Shown here: positions 53,886-64,000 of the stretch, in pieces
How positions within the stretch are numbered: the stretch's first letter is position 1
How the letters are laid out: each line of letters opens with the position of its first letter
From: Octopus vulgaris
Taxonomy: Eukaryota
DNA: 64,000 bases
Assembly: GCA_951406725.2 (NCBI GenBank)
Contig: OX597834.1
Location: forward strand, 35,092,001 to 35,156,000
Direction: 5' to 3'
The notes under the pieces: model-generated
Told to the model about the DNA's origin: nothing
Databases searched by the model: none
What the model saw: only the letters and a program-made list of their open reading frames with translations
Translations under genes and position numbers: made by a program

Positions 53886-54685
53886 TAAATGGGTGTGGTA
53901 AGAGGATACAATAAGCACCACATTTTACTGTGTGTGTGATAATGGTAATACTTAAGTATACCAATTTCTGATCCATTACCTTTGTTTAAATTCATTAGGA
54001 AAATGATGACAAATTTAGTAGAATAATTTTGTCATAGTTGAGCTGGTGTTTGAAACAAATTAAAATGGAATTCTGTGTAAAGTTATGGAATCGCAACTAA
54101 GTAAAGTCTTAGTTGCATTTGTAGTAAGAAGCTTGGTTTGGCAAAAGAGACAGAATACTGGGGTCAGTTCATTTGACTTAAATTTCTTCAAAGTTGTGCC
54201 CCAGCATGGTCACAGTCTAGTGACTGAAACAAATAAAAGATGTGTTTATAGCAATATTTCAAAGTCAGAAGTTTTTTTAGGTCTAAATAATTCAATACCA
54301 GGGTGGGGGGCAAGCATGGGCTGCTCCCAGGTGGTACATGCACTAGTTACACCACTTCATGTTGCTCAAAGACACACTAATCTGTTAGTAGTTTTTGGTG
54401 AAACTGTTAACAGTTCTTTGAAAATAAATCTCATTAGGCAGCTGCTTCCATGGCAAGTAGGTTTACAGGGAGGAACTTGTTTTTTTCTTGCTGAAATCAT
54501 CTTCTGACATGGTTAATGACATTCATCCACAGCTTAAACATATGTTGGAAACTTTTGCAATATGCTTTGACATTAAGAAACTCCTTTTCTGGCAAGCCCT
54601 ATCAATGCATGCAAAATATCAGGTGTTTCTTAACAAAATATGGTGACTGTACTTTACCTGTATGTTGTACACCTGGGTTCAGTAC

Positions 54686-55255
54686 TTAATTCTTTAGCAT
54701 TCAGAATATTTTGTTAAGTGTAATACTTATTTACTCTTTTACTTGTTTCAGTCATTTGACTGTGGCCATGCAGGAGCACCACCTTTAGTCGAGCAAATCA
54801 ACCCCAGGACTTATTCTTTGTAAGCCTAGTATTTATTCTATCGGTCTCTTTTACCGAATCGCTAAGTTACAGGGACATAAACACACCATCATTGGTTGTC
54901 AAGCGATGTTAGGGGGACAAAAGCAAACACCTAAACATGCACATATATATGACGGGCTTCTTTCAGTTTCCGTCTACCAAATCCACTCGAGGCTTTGGTC
55001 GGCCCAAGGCTATAGTAGAAGACACGCAGCGGGGCTGAACCCGAAACCATATGGTTGGTAAGCAAGCTACTTACCACACAGCCACTCCTGCGCCTATTCA
55101 CAGTTTTGAATTATCTTGTAGCTTTTTGAGATTTTTATGATGTAGCTTAGTATTAGAATGACATTGGAGAGTAGATGTGAAGGGCCTGTTTGAATATAAA
55201 GCAGGTAGAATGTTCTGGTCATCCATGGCCCATTTAAATAATTCTAAAGGGTTAA
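54686..55255. mobile_element. piggyBac-like MITE interrupted by a SINE (54730-55094)
   Basis: TTAA..CTTTAGCATT start and CTAAAGGGTTAA end flank a full minus-strand family 1 SINE. Confidence 0.7.
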
Positions 55256-55846
55256 ACAGAATTATGGAAACCAGGATAAATTTTCAGGTGGAATCCATCT
55301 ATGCAATCAGGGATCTGCCATAAACAGAAGTAACAATGATACCTGGTGGTAGTTGTCCAAAATAACTGAAAGGTTGATAAACTGAGGGCTGAAGGTTAGA
55401 TTGCATTTAGCTACATGATCACCTCCAACCAGACCCAAGTGATTCTTCTTATTAATTATTATATATTCAATCCAGCTAGCTAAATGATGCTATTATCATT
55501 TCTACAATTGAATACCAATTTGCCTAACTCCAAGAACGTAGAATTTTCCCATATCTAAACACATTTTGCTCTGAAGACTGGAAAGGAAGCAACCTCACAT
55601 GTATGATGATGATGATTCTTATTTACAGCCATCAAGTGATGGCACACATAAACAGACATATATACACACTTGTTTCAGTCATTTGACTGGCCATGCTAGA
55701 GCACTGCTTTGAAGGGTTTTAGTTGAACAAATAACAAATTGAAGCCAGGACTTATTTTTTTAAGCCTCTCTTTTGCTGAACCATTAAGTTACAGGGACTT
55801 AAACACACCAACTCTGGTTGTTAAGCAGTGATGGGGAACAAACAGA

Positions 55847-55883
<37 letters not shown>

Positions 55884-58800
55884 AGGCTTCTTTCAGTTTC
55901 AGTCTACCAAATCCACTTGAGGCTTTGTTTGGCCTGCAGCTATGGTAGAAGACATTTGCCCAAAGTGACTGAACCTGGAACCATGTGGTTGGGAAGCAAG
56001 CTTACCAATATTTAGCAGAAGTAACAGTGACTCAAGGTCTAAGAGTTTCATACCTTGACACTAGAAATTCAGGCTTTAAGTCATTCTTCTAAATGTTAAA
56101 AAAAAAATTTACACATGCTCATATTTGGAGTTGTTTGCACTGTGCAGCTTACCAGTTACCAGTTCCATGTCTAACCCATGCCAGCATGGAAAGTGAACAT
56201 TAAATGAGGATATATATATATATATATAAAATATACTACTTGGCGTTAGGGAAGGGCATCCAGCTGTAGAACCTCTGCCAGATCAGAATGGAGACTGGCG
56301 CAGCCATCTGGTTCACCAGTCAAATTGTCCAATCCATGCTAGCATGGAAAACAGACGAAGGAAGATGATATACTACAGGCTTCTTTCAGTTTCTGCCAAA
56401 CATATTACACTTGCACATTTTGGTCTAGCTGGAGGTATAGTAGAAAACACTTGTCCAAGGTACCACGCAGTGGGACTGAACCCAAAACTGAGAAGCAAGA
56501 TTCCTAAATACATTACCAAGAAAGTTTCTAAAAGCAATTTCTAGAAATAGCAAATTCTGCTGGCATTGCATTGATTTGTAATAATACTTCCAAGATAGCA
56601 AAACTTGTTCATAACTTTGACAGGTTGACTATTAATTACAAGATTATTGGAGTTGTGTTCCCATGGCAGTCATTGATTTGGTTTCATCAAAATTAATTAA
56701 TTAAACTTTTTTTTTGCTTGTCATTATCATTGACATTTTTTCACATTCATTTTTCGATGCTCACATAGATCAGAATTTGTTGAAGCAAATTTTTTAATGG
56801 TTAGATGCCCTTCTTGTCAACCCTCACCTGTTTCCAAGTAATGTAATATTTTCTTCATGGCTGGACATGTTTTCATGGAAAATTGAAAATGAATGGAACC
56901 ACCTTTTTGACAGTAATGATGATCTACAAATAAGATGCATGCATATACAATGAAATTCAGTTTCTGTCAAGGAAATTCTCTCACAAGGCTCTGGTCAGCC
57001 TCAGTCTATAGAAGACTCTTGCCCAAGATGCCATGCAATAAAACAACCTAAGACCATGGGTGGTTTTTCTTTTACTCATCTCAGTCATTTAACAGCAGCC
57101 ATGCTGGAGTACTCTTAAATTAAAAGGGTTGGTGAGTAAATTTAACCAGATAGCTATGCCTATTTGTCTTCAGAATGTCTTATCAAGGTCGGTATCATGC
57201 TCATTTCGGGGATCATTCATCTAATGAATGTCACCATATTTCTATTGAAACATTGATTTTGGTTCAATTAATTTTGAAAATAATGAAGAATTTATTAAAA
57301 TAACTTTGTTATTAAGCTGATATTTAGAACAAATTAACATGAGATTTCGATGGAAGGTTTTTAAATCACTTTGTAGCATAGAACTAGGAACGGTCTCAGG
57401 TGGGTTGATGTCAGATAGTTGTTAATGACCTTTGAGGTCTAGAACATTCCTCAGAGTATTACAGTTGATACAATACATGAAGTTGGTGGAGGTGAAGTTA
57501 AATTGGTTAATGAGGTGGAATTGAGGATTATGACCAATAATAAGCATGCCATTGGAAATGAAATCAAATGTAGAACTGGAATATTTAAAGGCATCAAGAC
57601 TATTTTAGAGGTCCCTTTTATAAAAGAAGAGTTGGGGATTAAGAAAGACTGGTAATTAAAGTTAATATGGATAGCTGATTGAAGAGGCAGGTAAGACCAG
57701 TGAAAGTCATAGGAAGAACATTTTGGGTTTGTGTGTTTAGAATAAAAGAGCAGAAGGGGTTTTTTTTTTGCTATGGTTTGGAATCACTGGAATGCAGAAT
57801 AGACTAACACTTCAGTGAAATGCTGTGCCAGGAAGACATGCTGCATTTCATCAGTTTTGTAAATAGATATTGGAACCAAGATTTATTGATGGTTCTGGTG
57901 TGAAAAGAGGAGGTGATGTAAAGATAATCAATATTGACTGGAAGATACCAGAAGTATTTGAGCTGGTAGAGATAAATTCAAAAGATGGGTGGAAAGTGTT
58001 GAAGATAATTTCATGTGAAGAGTGTTTCATCATTTAACATTCATTTTTCCATGTTTGCATGGGTGAGAAGGAACTTGCTGGTTAAGAGCATGGGTTACTA
58101 ACCCCAAGATTCCGAGTTCAATTCTAGGCAGTGACTTGTATAAATAATATCAGCACAAAAAAAAAAAAAAAATTACCTTAGGAATGAGAACCCAGGGTTG
58201 GGTTCAAAATTCTACCAGGACACCTGATGAAGGCTGAAGAGTAAATCAACCAAAATATGGTAACAACAAACAAGATGAGGACATCTGTCCTTCAGTTCCT
58301 CAATAGTACAGTGCAGCAGTTTTACGGGTTGTGGATTGGTTGATTATTGGGCTCTTGGGATGCCGTCTCACTCCATCAAACAACAGCATCACTCTCGGTA
58401 GGTTTGATTTTGTCATTACTCCCACTTATGGATATCAGAGTTCATCAACTGTGATATTTAGTCTGGGCTCCTTTTTCAAATTAAATCAATTCTGACAGCA
58501 ATATTTCTTCGCGGATTGAACTATTCCAAGTCATTTGTTTATATCATGCTGTTCTGTTTAACATAGACAACTAAAATCATCAGTGTGTAAATAAAAAAAA
58601 AATTAAGCCTTCGATGAACAATAAAGCATAGAAATGAAACCTTCAGCATCCGACAGGGATAAAATTTATCATGAATGGTTACTATAGCATTATGTGGAAC
58701 GGTAGACGTTAACTGAGGGGAAGCTGGCTGGCGAGTTGGAGTTTGGTAAATTTTATTGGTGTTGAAAAAGCGAATAAAGCTGTTCATAGATGTGCATTTG

Positions 58801-58900
58801 TTTATCGAAGAAAATACGAGCGGAGAGAACAGGTGAACAAACGATGGCGAGATGTATACTGTAGTGAACGAAGTCACGGTAAAGATTGTTTACGTTAGGT

Positions 58901-59068
58901 CAGTGCTTTTCAACCTTTTTGCTGGAGCGGAACCCCAAGAAAACACTTCACTGGCTCGAGGAGCCCCTGTGCAATAATTTAATTGTCTTATGCACACATA
59001 TCTGCACAGGAGAATTAAAAATTACTGCCGATTTTAGCAATTTTTGTAACCCTGGTTGAAAACCACTG
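58901..59068. mobile_element. hAT-type MITE
   Basis: TIRs CAGTGCTTTTCAACC/GGTTGAAAACCACTG; perfect 8-bp TSD CGTTAGGT at 58893-900 and 59069-76. Confidence 0.92.
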
Positions 59069-60611
59069 CGTTAGGTGAACCTCTTGGACTTGCTGAACCG
59101 TATTTGGAGTGATACCTAATTATTGACCACACCCAATTATTCCGACCCTTAACTATTATCCACACAGTACTGTCATTTCCGAAAGTCTAACCAGATGCAA
59201 TATCATATAATAGTGTTGCTTGCTAGACACGGCATGGATAGGGATCAATGGCGATAGCAAATCGAACGGAAAAGCAAGCATAAGGCATGTAAGATGCGAA
59301 TGGAATTGCATAAAGTTATTAACTCTTATCCGGAACTCTCAAGCAACCGGTTTCAAGGGAAAATAAAGTTTTGTTAATTAGAGTCAAAATAATTTGTATT
59401 AATTAACTGTCCTTATAAGAAAGTTTCTACTGCATATTTCACTGCATTTACAGTACCTGCATTTTATTTGGTTAATGAAGCTTGTTCTTTAATTAGATGA
59501 AATTATATCTTCATTTGTATTTCGTTTCTACTATATTCAGAATATTAATTTTATATCTATATATAGAGAGAGATGGGGGGAATATTAAAATTTTGTAAGG
59601 CGCTATGGTAATTTCAAAAATGATGATCAGATATCCGGAAAATTCAGTTATCCGGCCACACTCCGATCCCTGTGGTGCTGGATAGGCGGGAGTTTACTTT
59701 GTGTATGTGTGTGTACATTTTGATGTCCAGGCATTACTGGACAATTTTCGTGTTTAGCACTCGATCAGTTTTAATCCAACAGAAGCGATCAAAGATGTTC
59801 CAATTTTGGCCATCCTGACATTTTTTTTCCAGGTTCAACGTTATCTAAGAGTACATTTTCCAATACATTATTCCTATTTTATTCAGAGGCGGAGATGTAT
59901 GTTTTGAAAGAGATTTGGCTGCTTTTTCTAGCAAATCAAGTAATCATAATTATTATGCATGCTCCTCCCGCTCATGTACAGGGCAGTGTTATTGTTTAAC
60001 CCCGGGTCACTGAGCGAATAGATCTTATGATTAACGGCAGAGCAAGCACGACTATTTCTTCTTTCACCAGGACACTATACCCTAAGGCGATATTAACCAG
60101 TTGTTTGTTTAAGATAGTAACTTCTAATTTGAGGGAGATTTGGCTAATATTTCTAGCAGGGTGAGATGTTTATGCAGAGCCCAGGACCGTCTCAGCAGCA
60201 TTATAGGCCACCGGGGAAATCAAAACGCTTGGTCCTATTGATTTATTGGCAGCAAGCCACAGCATACATAAATCATAACTAAGGCCTCAAGGCAACTGCC
60301 CTGTGAGCCCATATCTTAAAAGGACACTGATATTGGCTGTTGTTCACTTGGATATTGGTCATTCAGGGGATAAAATAACAGATAAAGGACACAATACTCG
60401 CTTTGAACAGGACTGGTCAGGTAAGGTAAATAAATATAGATGATTATGGACAGTACTATGGTGAGATGGTCAAAAATAGGAGCAGAATTTGCGGCGGAGG
60501 TAAACAATACGTACACCATCCGTTTTCGGCGTAACAAAAACCCTAACCCTAAACATCGGGTGTACGTATTCTTTACTTTCGCCAAATTTGCTTCATATTG
60601 AGGACAGTAGC

Positions 60612-61841
60612 GGTAGCTAGAACTGATGATTCAGTTGTGATGTAATAATTGGAGATTGAAAGAAGAAAACAAGAGACATGTGAACGACATTGAGAAGTAA
60701 GAAAACAACAAAGTGACGCCAAAGAAAGTCTATACACAACAGATGATAAATATATTGATTTATATCTGAGATGGTTAATAATGCCTGCCGGACTTCGCTG
60801 TATTGTAAATAGATATAGGTTTTAAGAGGGTTTACATATTAACAAAGAAAACACATTGATGAGACTTATTGGTTGTTACACACTATTTTATAAATGATAA
60901 ATTTCGTTTATCTTTGTGGAAACAAAACAAATCTTTGAGTTGGAAAAGTCGCTCGTAAATAATAAAGAGACAGAGAGAAAGAGAAAGGAAGAATAAACCG
61001 TGTGTCTGTGTGTGTGCGTCAGAGAGAAAGAAAGAGAGAAACAGAAATAGTGTCTGTGTGTGCGTCGAACATGAGATGAGAAGCTGGGATGAACATCTCA
61101 ATCCCTTTTTTTCATACGAAACAAGTCGATAAAATAGGTAAATGAATAGAAAGGTTGTCTGCTCAACAATCTTACCTACGGCTGACCGCTGTTATTTCCT
61201 CTTCTATTCGTAAAATCCCATCCTATGGGGTAATAACATATCCATAGTGAGTAGAACCCAGCAGTATATCTACTCATGCTACGCTTCGTTTAATTGTAAA
61301 CTCGCTGCCTTGACAGGTGCTCATACAAAACCCGAAATGGTTGCTAAAAGATCGATAATTCATCATCACATCACACATCTGCTAAATACTTGTTGCATGA
61401 GCTTTATTTGTTTATTTCTCGGCCTTTGTTGTTGGTTTTTTTTTTTGTCTCTTGTTCAAGTGTTACCGATTACGAGCGAAATAGAAATCTTGTCAGCTCA
61501 TCAGATATATAATTGTGTTTGAAATATATAATCTCAATAATATACTTGCTTTGTTTTCACATGCGAAGAATAACTTTTAAAAGTTTATAAATCAAGTATT
61601 GTTTACATGTATATAAATAAACAATATTTCTTGCAACTTTTATTTTCCTTCCGGACTAGTTTCGTTCCGTCTTTATCAAAGTTTTTATATAGTCTAATGT
61701 TGCAATTATATAAACCGGATGTATATCCCGAGTATATAAAGCGTGTGAGTACGTGTTTCGGTCATTTGCGGAGCAGTTTTTTGGCTGTTGCTGAGGTATG
61801 TGCTTTATAAGTCAATCAGCAAGACCGGGGGTAATCGTAGC
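60612..61841 (+). repeat. ~1.25-kb near-identical segmental duplicate, copy 2
   Basis: Direct repeat of 46858-48136. Confidence 0.95.
61714..61767 (+). promoter_or_regulatory. Pol II core promoter of paralog 2
   Basis: ACCGGATGT, TATATAAA 61733-40, TCATTT 61762-67; identical spacing to paralog 1. Confidence 0.7.
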
Positions 61842-62292
61842 AGTTATATTAAGAAAGATATCTTAAGCTGGAAACAATCTCACTTTAAACTACTTAATTT
61901 TAGAATTTAATAGTTAACTAGAACCGTAAGATTGCCGTTTATTTAGGAGGAACAGTATGGATGTGAGACAATCGCACATCGACATTTTCTTTAATTTCAT
62001 TGCATATATACACATTATTTTATTTAGTCGAATATTAGTTTAATTCACTATTAAGTAATAATTAATCTTATCTAAAATATAAAGATTAATTAGTAAATTT
62101 AAAGGCGACTTTCATTTCACTGTCGCTTGATAACCAATTCATGGATTTCACTTTATTTAAAGCATCGTTTTCTTATGGTAATTAGGATTCTCTTTAGAAT
62201 TTTAATTTCTTAGTGAATCGATCGGTAGGATTCTTTTTTAAAAGTTTAATTTCTTTATTAGTGAATCGATCGTTGAAGAGTCGAGGCGCCCT

Positions 62293-62364
62293 GCGGGAAA
62301 TTGGCGGCAACCATGACCACGTGGTGTCGTCTATTGCATGTCTCCAGAAAACTACTACACGTGG
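62293..62364. promoter_or_regulatory. Paired CACGTG E-boxes plus E2F-like GCGGGAAA in intron 1 of paralog 2
   Basis: GCGGGAAATTGGCGG 62293-307; CACGTG at 62318-23 and 62358-63. Confidence 0.6.
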
Positions 62365-62393
62365 CGGCTTTCTCATTTAGTATTACTGCAGCT

Positions 62394-62517
62394 TTTCTAT
62401 GATGACAACGATGACGAGTCTGAGGGCAATTTGCTGTCTTCGTGGTACAGTTTTTGTACTTTTGAAGTGCAGTTAACTTGCCATATCTGCTGCTTCTAGA
62501 GGCATTTGTCTGAGAAA
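62394..62517 (+). ncRNA. SNORD15: Box C/D snoRNA, U15/SNORD15 homolog, copy 2 (both guides intact)
   Basis: Box C ATGATGA 62399-405. D' guide GATGACGAG 62410-18 plus CTGA 62420-23 pairs with LSU CUCGUCAUC (human Gm3792/yeast Gm2288 equivalent). D guide GAGGCATTTG 62499-508 plus CTGA 62510-13. Stem TTTC/GAAA. Confidence 0.93.
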
Positions 62518-62979
62518 TAGCTGCTTTCAATACTTCATTCATACTATGCCCCGAGTAGTTTTTCTAACCTCTGTGGAACTTGATCTATATTTTACGTCAC
62601 GAATTGGCAGGTTTTTCGAGAAACAGGCCGCACTAAAAGAAAATCGGGGTAATTTTTAGTTAGGTATGCAATTAAGGAGTCATGCGAGCTCCATATAATA
62701 TATACTAATGGTAATTTTTCGCTAGGCGTCCTTATTGTCTTAAGGGTCGTGGTGAGAAATAGTAATTTTTCGTTAGGGATTCCATTTAAAGTCCCGCAGG
62801 TTCCCTCGTAACTGGTTTACAGTAAATCGTTCTGCATTTTCTCTTTAGTTGGGGTTGGCAGGAATGTATCTGGTGTTCAGCTAGCAGTAATTTATAGTTT
62901 TGATAATTATTAGTTTAAGACAAAATGCCTATTAGAAGTTATTTGTGTGGTTGAATTTTAATAGGGTCTGCGAAGGTGC

Positions 62980-63056
62980 TGTTTGCCCTGATGAATTCTT
63001 GGACTAGAGTCTCTGAAAAATTTTAATTTGAAGACAAACTGTCCACTGAGCAAATA
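62980..63056 (+). ncRNA. SNORD52: Box C/D snoRNA, U52/SNORD52 (yeast snR78) homolog
   Basis: Stem TGTTTGC/GCAAATA, box C TGATGA 62989-94, guide GACTAGAGTC-T before D' CTGA 63013-16, C' TTGAAGA 63028-34, D CTGA 63046-49. The guide is complementary to LSU GACUCUAGUC (human Um3925/yeast Um2421 equivalent by D'+5). Confidence 0.88.
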
Positions 63057-63673
63057 ATACCTTTCGTTATCTGTCGATCATGCCATATTTGTTCACATAG
63101 TGTATAAATTAGTGGTAGGCTTCGTGAGTCATACCGTAATTCGGTCTGTAATCGCAGCTTAGATTTTTTTTCGGCCAGTTTAATTTATAAGTTAGTCATT
63201 TTGATCGATTATCACGGGTTTTTTTCTATACGACCATTATTTTTTAACAGTAGGTTGTGATTTTTAGCAGAAGTGGGTTTCCGTTTTTTTTTTTTTTTTC
63301 CTCTGAAAATTTCCATGGACTGGGTTTTGGTTTCAACGGATTCACTTTTATTATAGTGTAGGATCGTTTTATTATGGCGCTGATTTTTTTTTTTTTTTTG
63401 TATTTGGTTATATGCAGAAATAGTTTACGACGAATACCTTTTCGTTCATGACTAGGGTCAGGTACTTCGTCTTTATGCCGGCATTTAGTTTTGTAGAAAT
63501 AGCAGCCAGCTCCTTAGGGGTAAGGAACTCTTAATGCAGTTTTATGATAGTAAGATAGCCGTATTGCTTCGTATTTAAGATTATTTAGATAAGACTTTGA
63601 CTTGGTATAGATTTCGTTTTAGTCATTTTTTTTGTATTTAACTATGGTGATACGTTATCTAGTCACAGTGTTT

Positions 63674-63757
63674 GAGATGTCCCAAAAGTGATGATTTCGT
63701 GGATCGACTGATTTCTGACGATTAATCCTTTTGCCCCTATCTGATTTGGGACATTTC
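63674..63757 (+). ncRNA. Box C/D snoRNA family A copy 4 (second host paralog)
   Basis: Stem GAGATGTCCCAAA/TTTGGGACATTTC with compensatory changes relative to copies 1-3, C GTGATGA 63688-94, GTGGATCGA plus D' CTGA 63708-11, guide TTTTGCCCCTAT (C>T gives G:U), D 63741-44. Confidence 0.92.
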
Positions 63758-64000
63758 ATTAGCCGCTATTTAACATCCGTTTTTCGTCCTAGCATGGGTT
63801 GGGTAGTTTGACCAGACCTAGTAGGGGACTGGTCGCATCAGGCTCCAACGTGGTGGCCGCAGCAGTATATGTGCACATGCCAGGGTGAATCGAGGAGGCG
63901 CATTTTTCAATGAAATTCGGACTTTGGTACAGATGTAAGTAAAATGTATTAATTCTCGTATTAATAAATTGTATCATTGGATTGATACCTCAAAAAGTAG

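Larger units (their letters stand above)
48056..53900 (+). ncRNA. Non-coding multi-intron snoRNA host gene, paralog 1 (3' end undefined)
   Basis: Exon 1 48056-48090 ends at GAG|GTATGT. Candidate micro-exons 49017-49032 (TTTTACAG|..|GTATGA), 50390-50434 (TTATAG|..|GTATGT) and 50690-50732 (TTGCAG|..|GTAAAG) are interspersed with co-oriented snoRNAs. No meaningful ORF. Confidence 0.7.
61764..64000 (+). ncRNA. Non-coding snoRNA host gene, paralog 2 (probably continues beyond window)
   Basis: Exon 1 61764-61795 with GAG|GTATGT donor; same order as paralog 1: E-boxes, U15, U52, family A. Confidence 0.7.

Noticed and set aside
48056-54000. RPS3 as host gene, expected from U15
   Set aside because: No RPS3-like peptide was visible in the ORF track or in the candidate micro-exons.
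54003-54060. ATGATGA box C-like motif
   Set aside because: No matching D box with a terminal stem; it lies in a repeat similar to 57270-57350.
54085-54507. 140-aa ORF
   Set aside because: The N-terminal part derives from a family 1 SINE tail; the remainder has no recognisable motif.

Overview
AT-rich, microsatellite- and SINE-dense eukaryotic DNA whose repeat content looks like an octopus (coleoid cephalopod) genome; the taxon is inferred, not shown. I can support no intact protein-coding gene. The ORF track consists of microsatellite translations and decayed transposon fragments: a mariner transposase, an RLE-type LINE, and RTE and CR1-like 3' ends. Bases 1-46800 are mostly SINEs, MITEs and simple repeats, possibly introns plus the CpG-rich 5' end of a minus-strand gene near 40 kb. 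The main signal lies at 46.9-64 kb: two tandem paralogous non-coding snoRNA host genes on the + strand, about 13.7 kb apart. Each has a TATA box at -31, an Inr, a ~35-nt first exon, a GTATGT donor and paired E-boxes. Together they carry nine intact-looking box C/D snoRNAs: 2 SNORD15/U15, 1 SNORD52/snR78, 4 with a SNORD80/snR60-type D guide plus an unfamiliar conserved D' guide, and 2 of an orphan family. There are also two decayed snoRNA remnants. The promoters are nearly identical while the introns are strongly diverged, and the snoRNA content differs between the paralogs. rRNA target assignments and numbering rest on recalled conserved rRNA and snoRNA sequences and need a database check.
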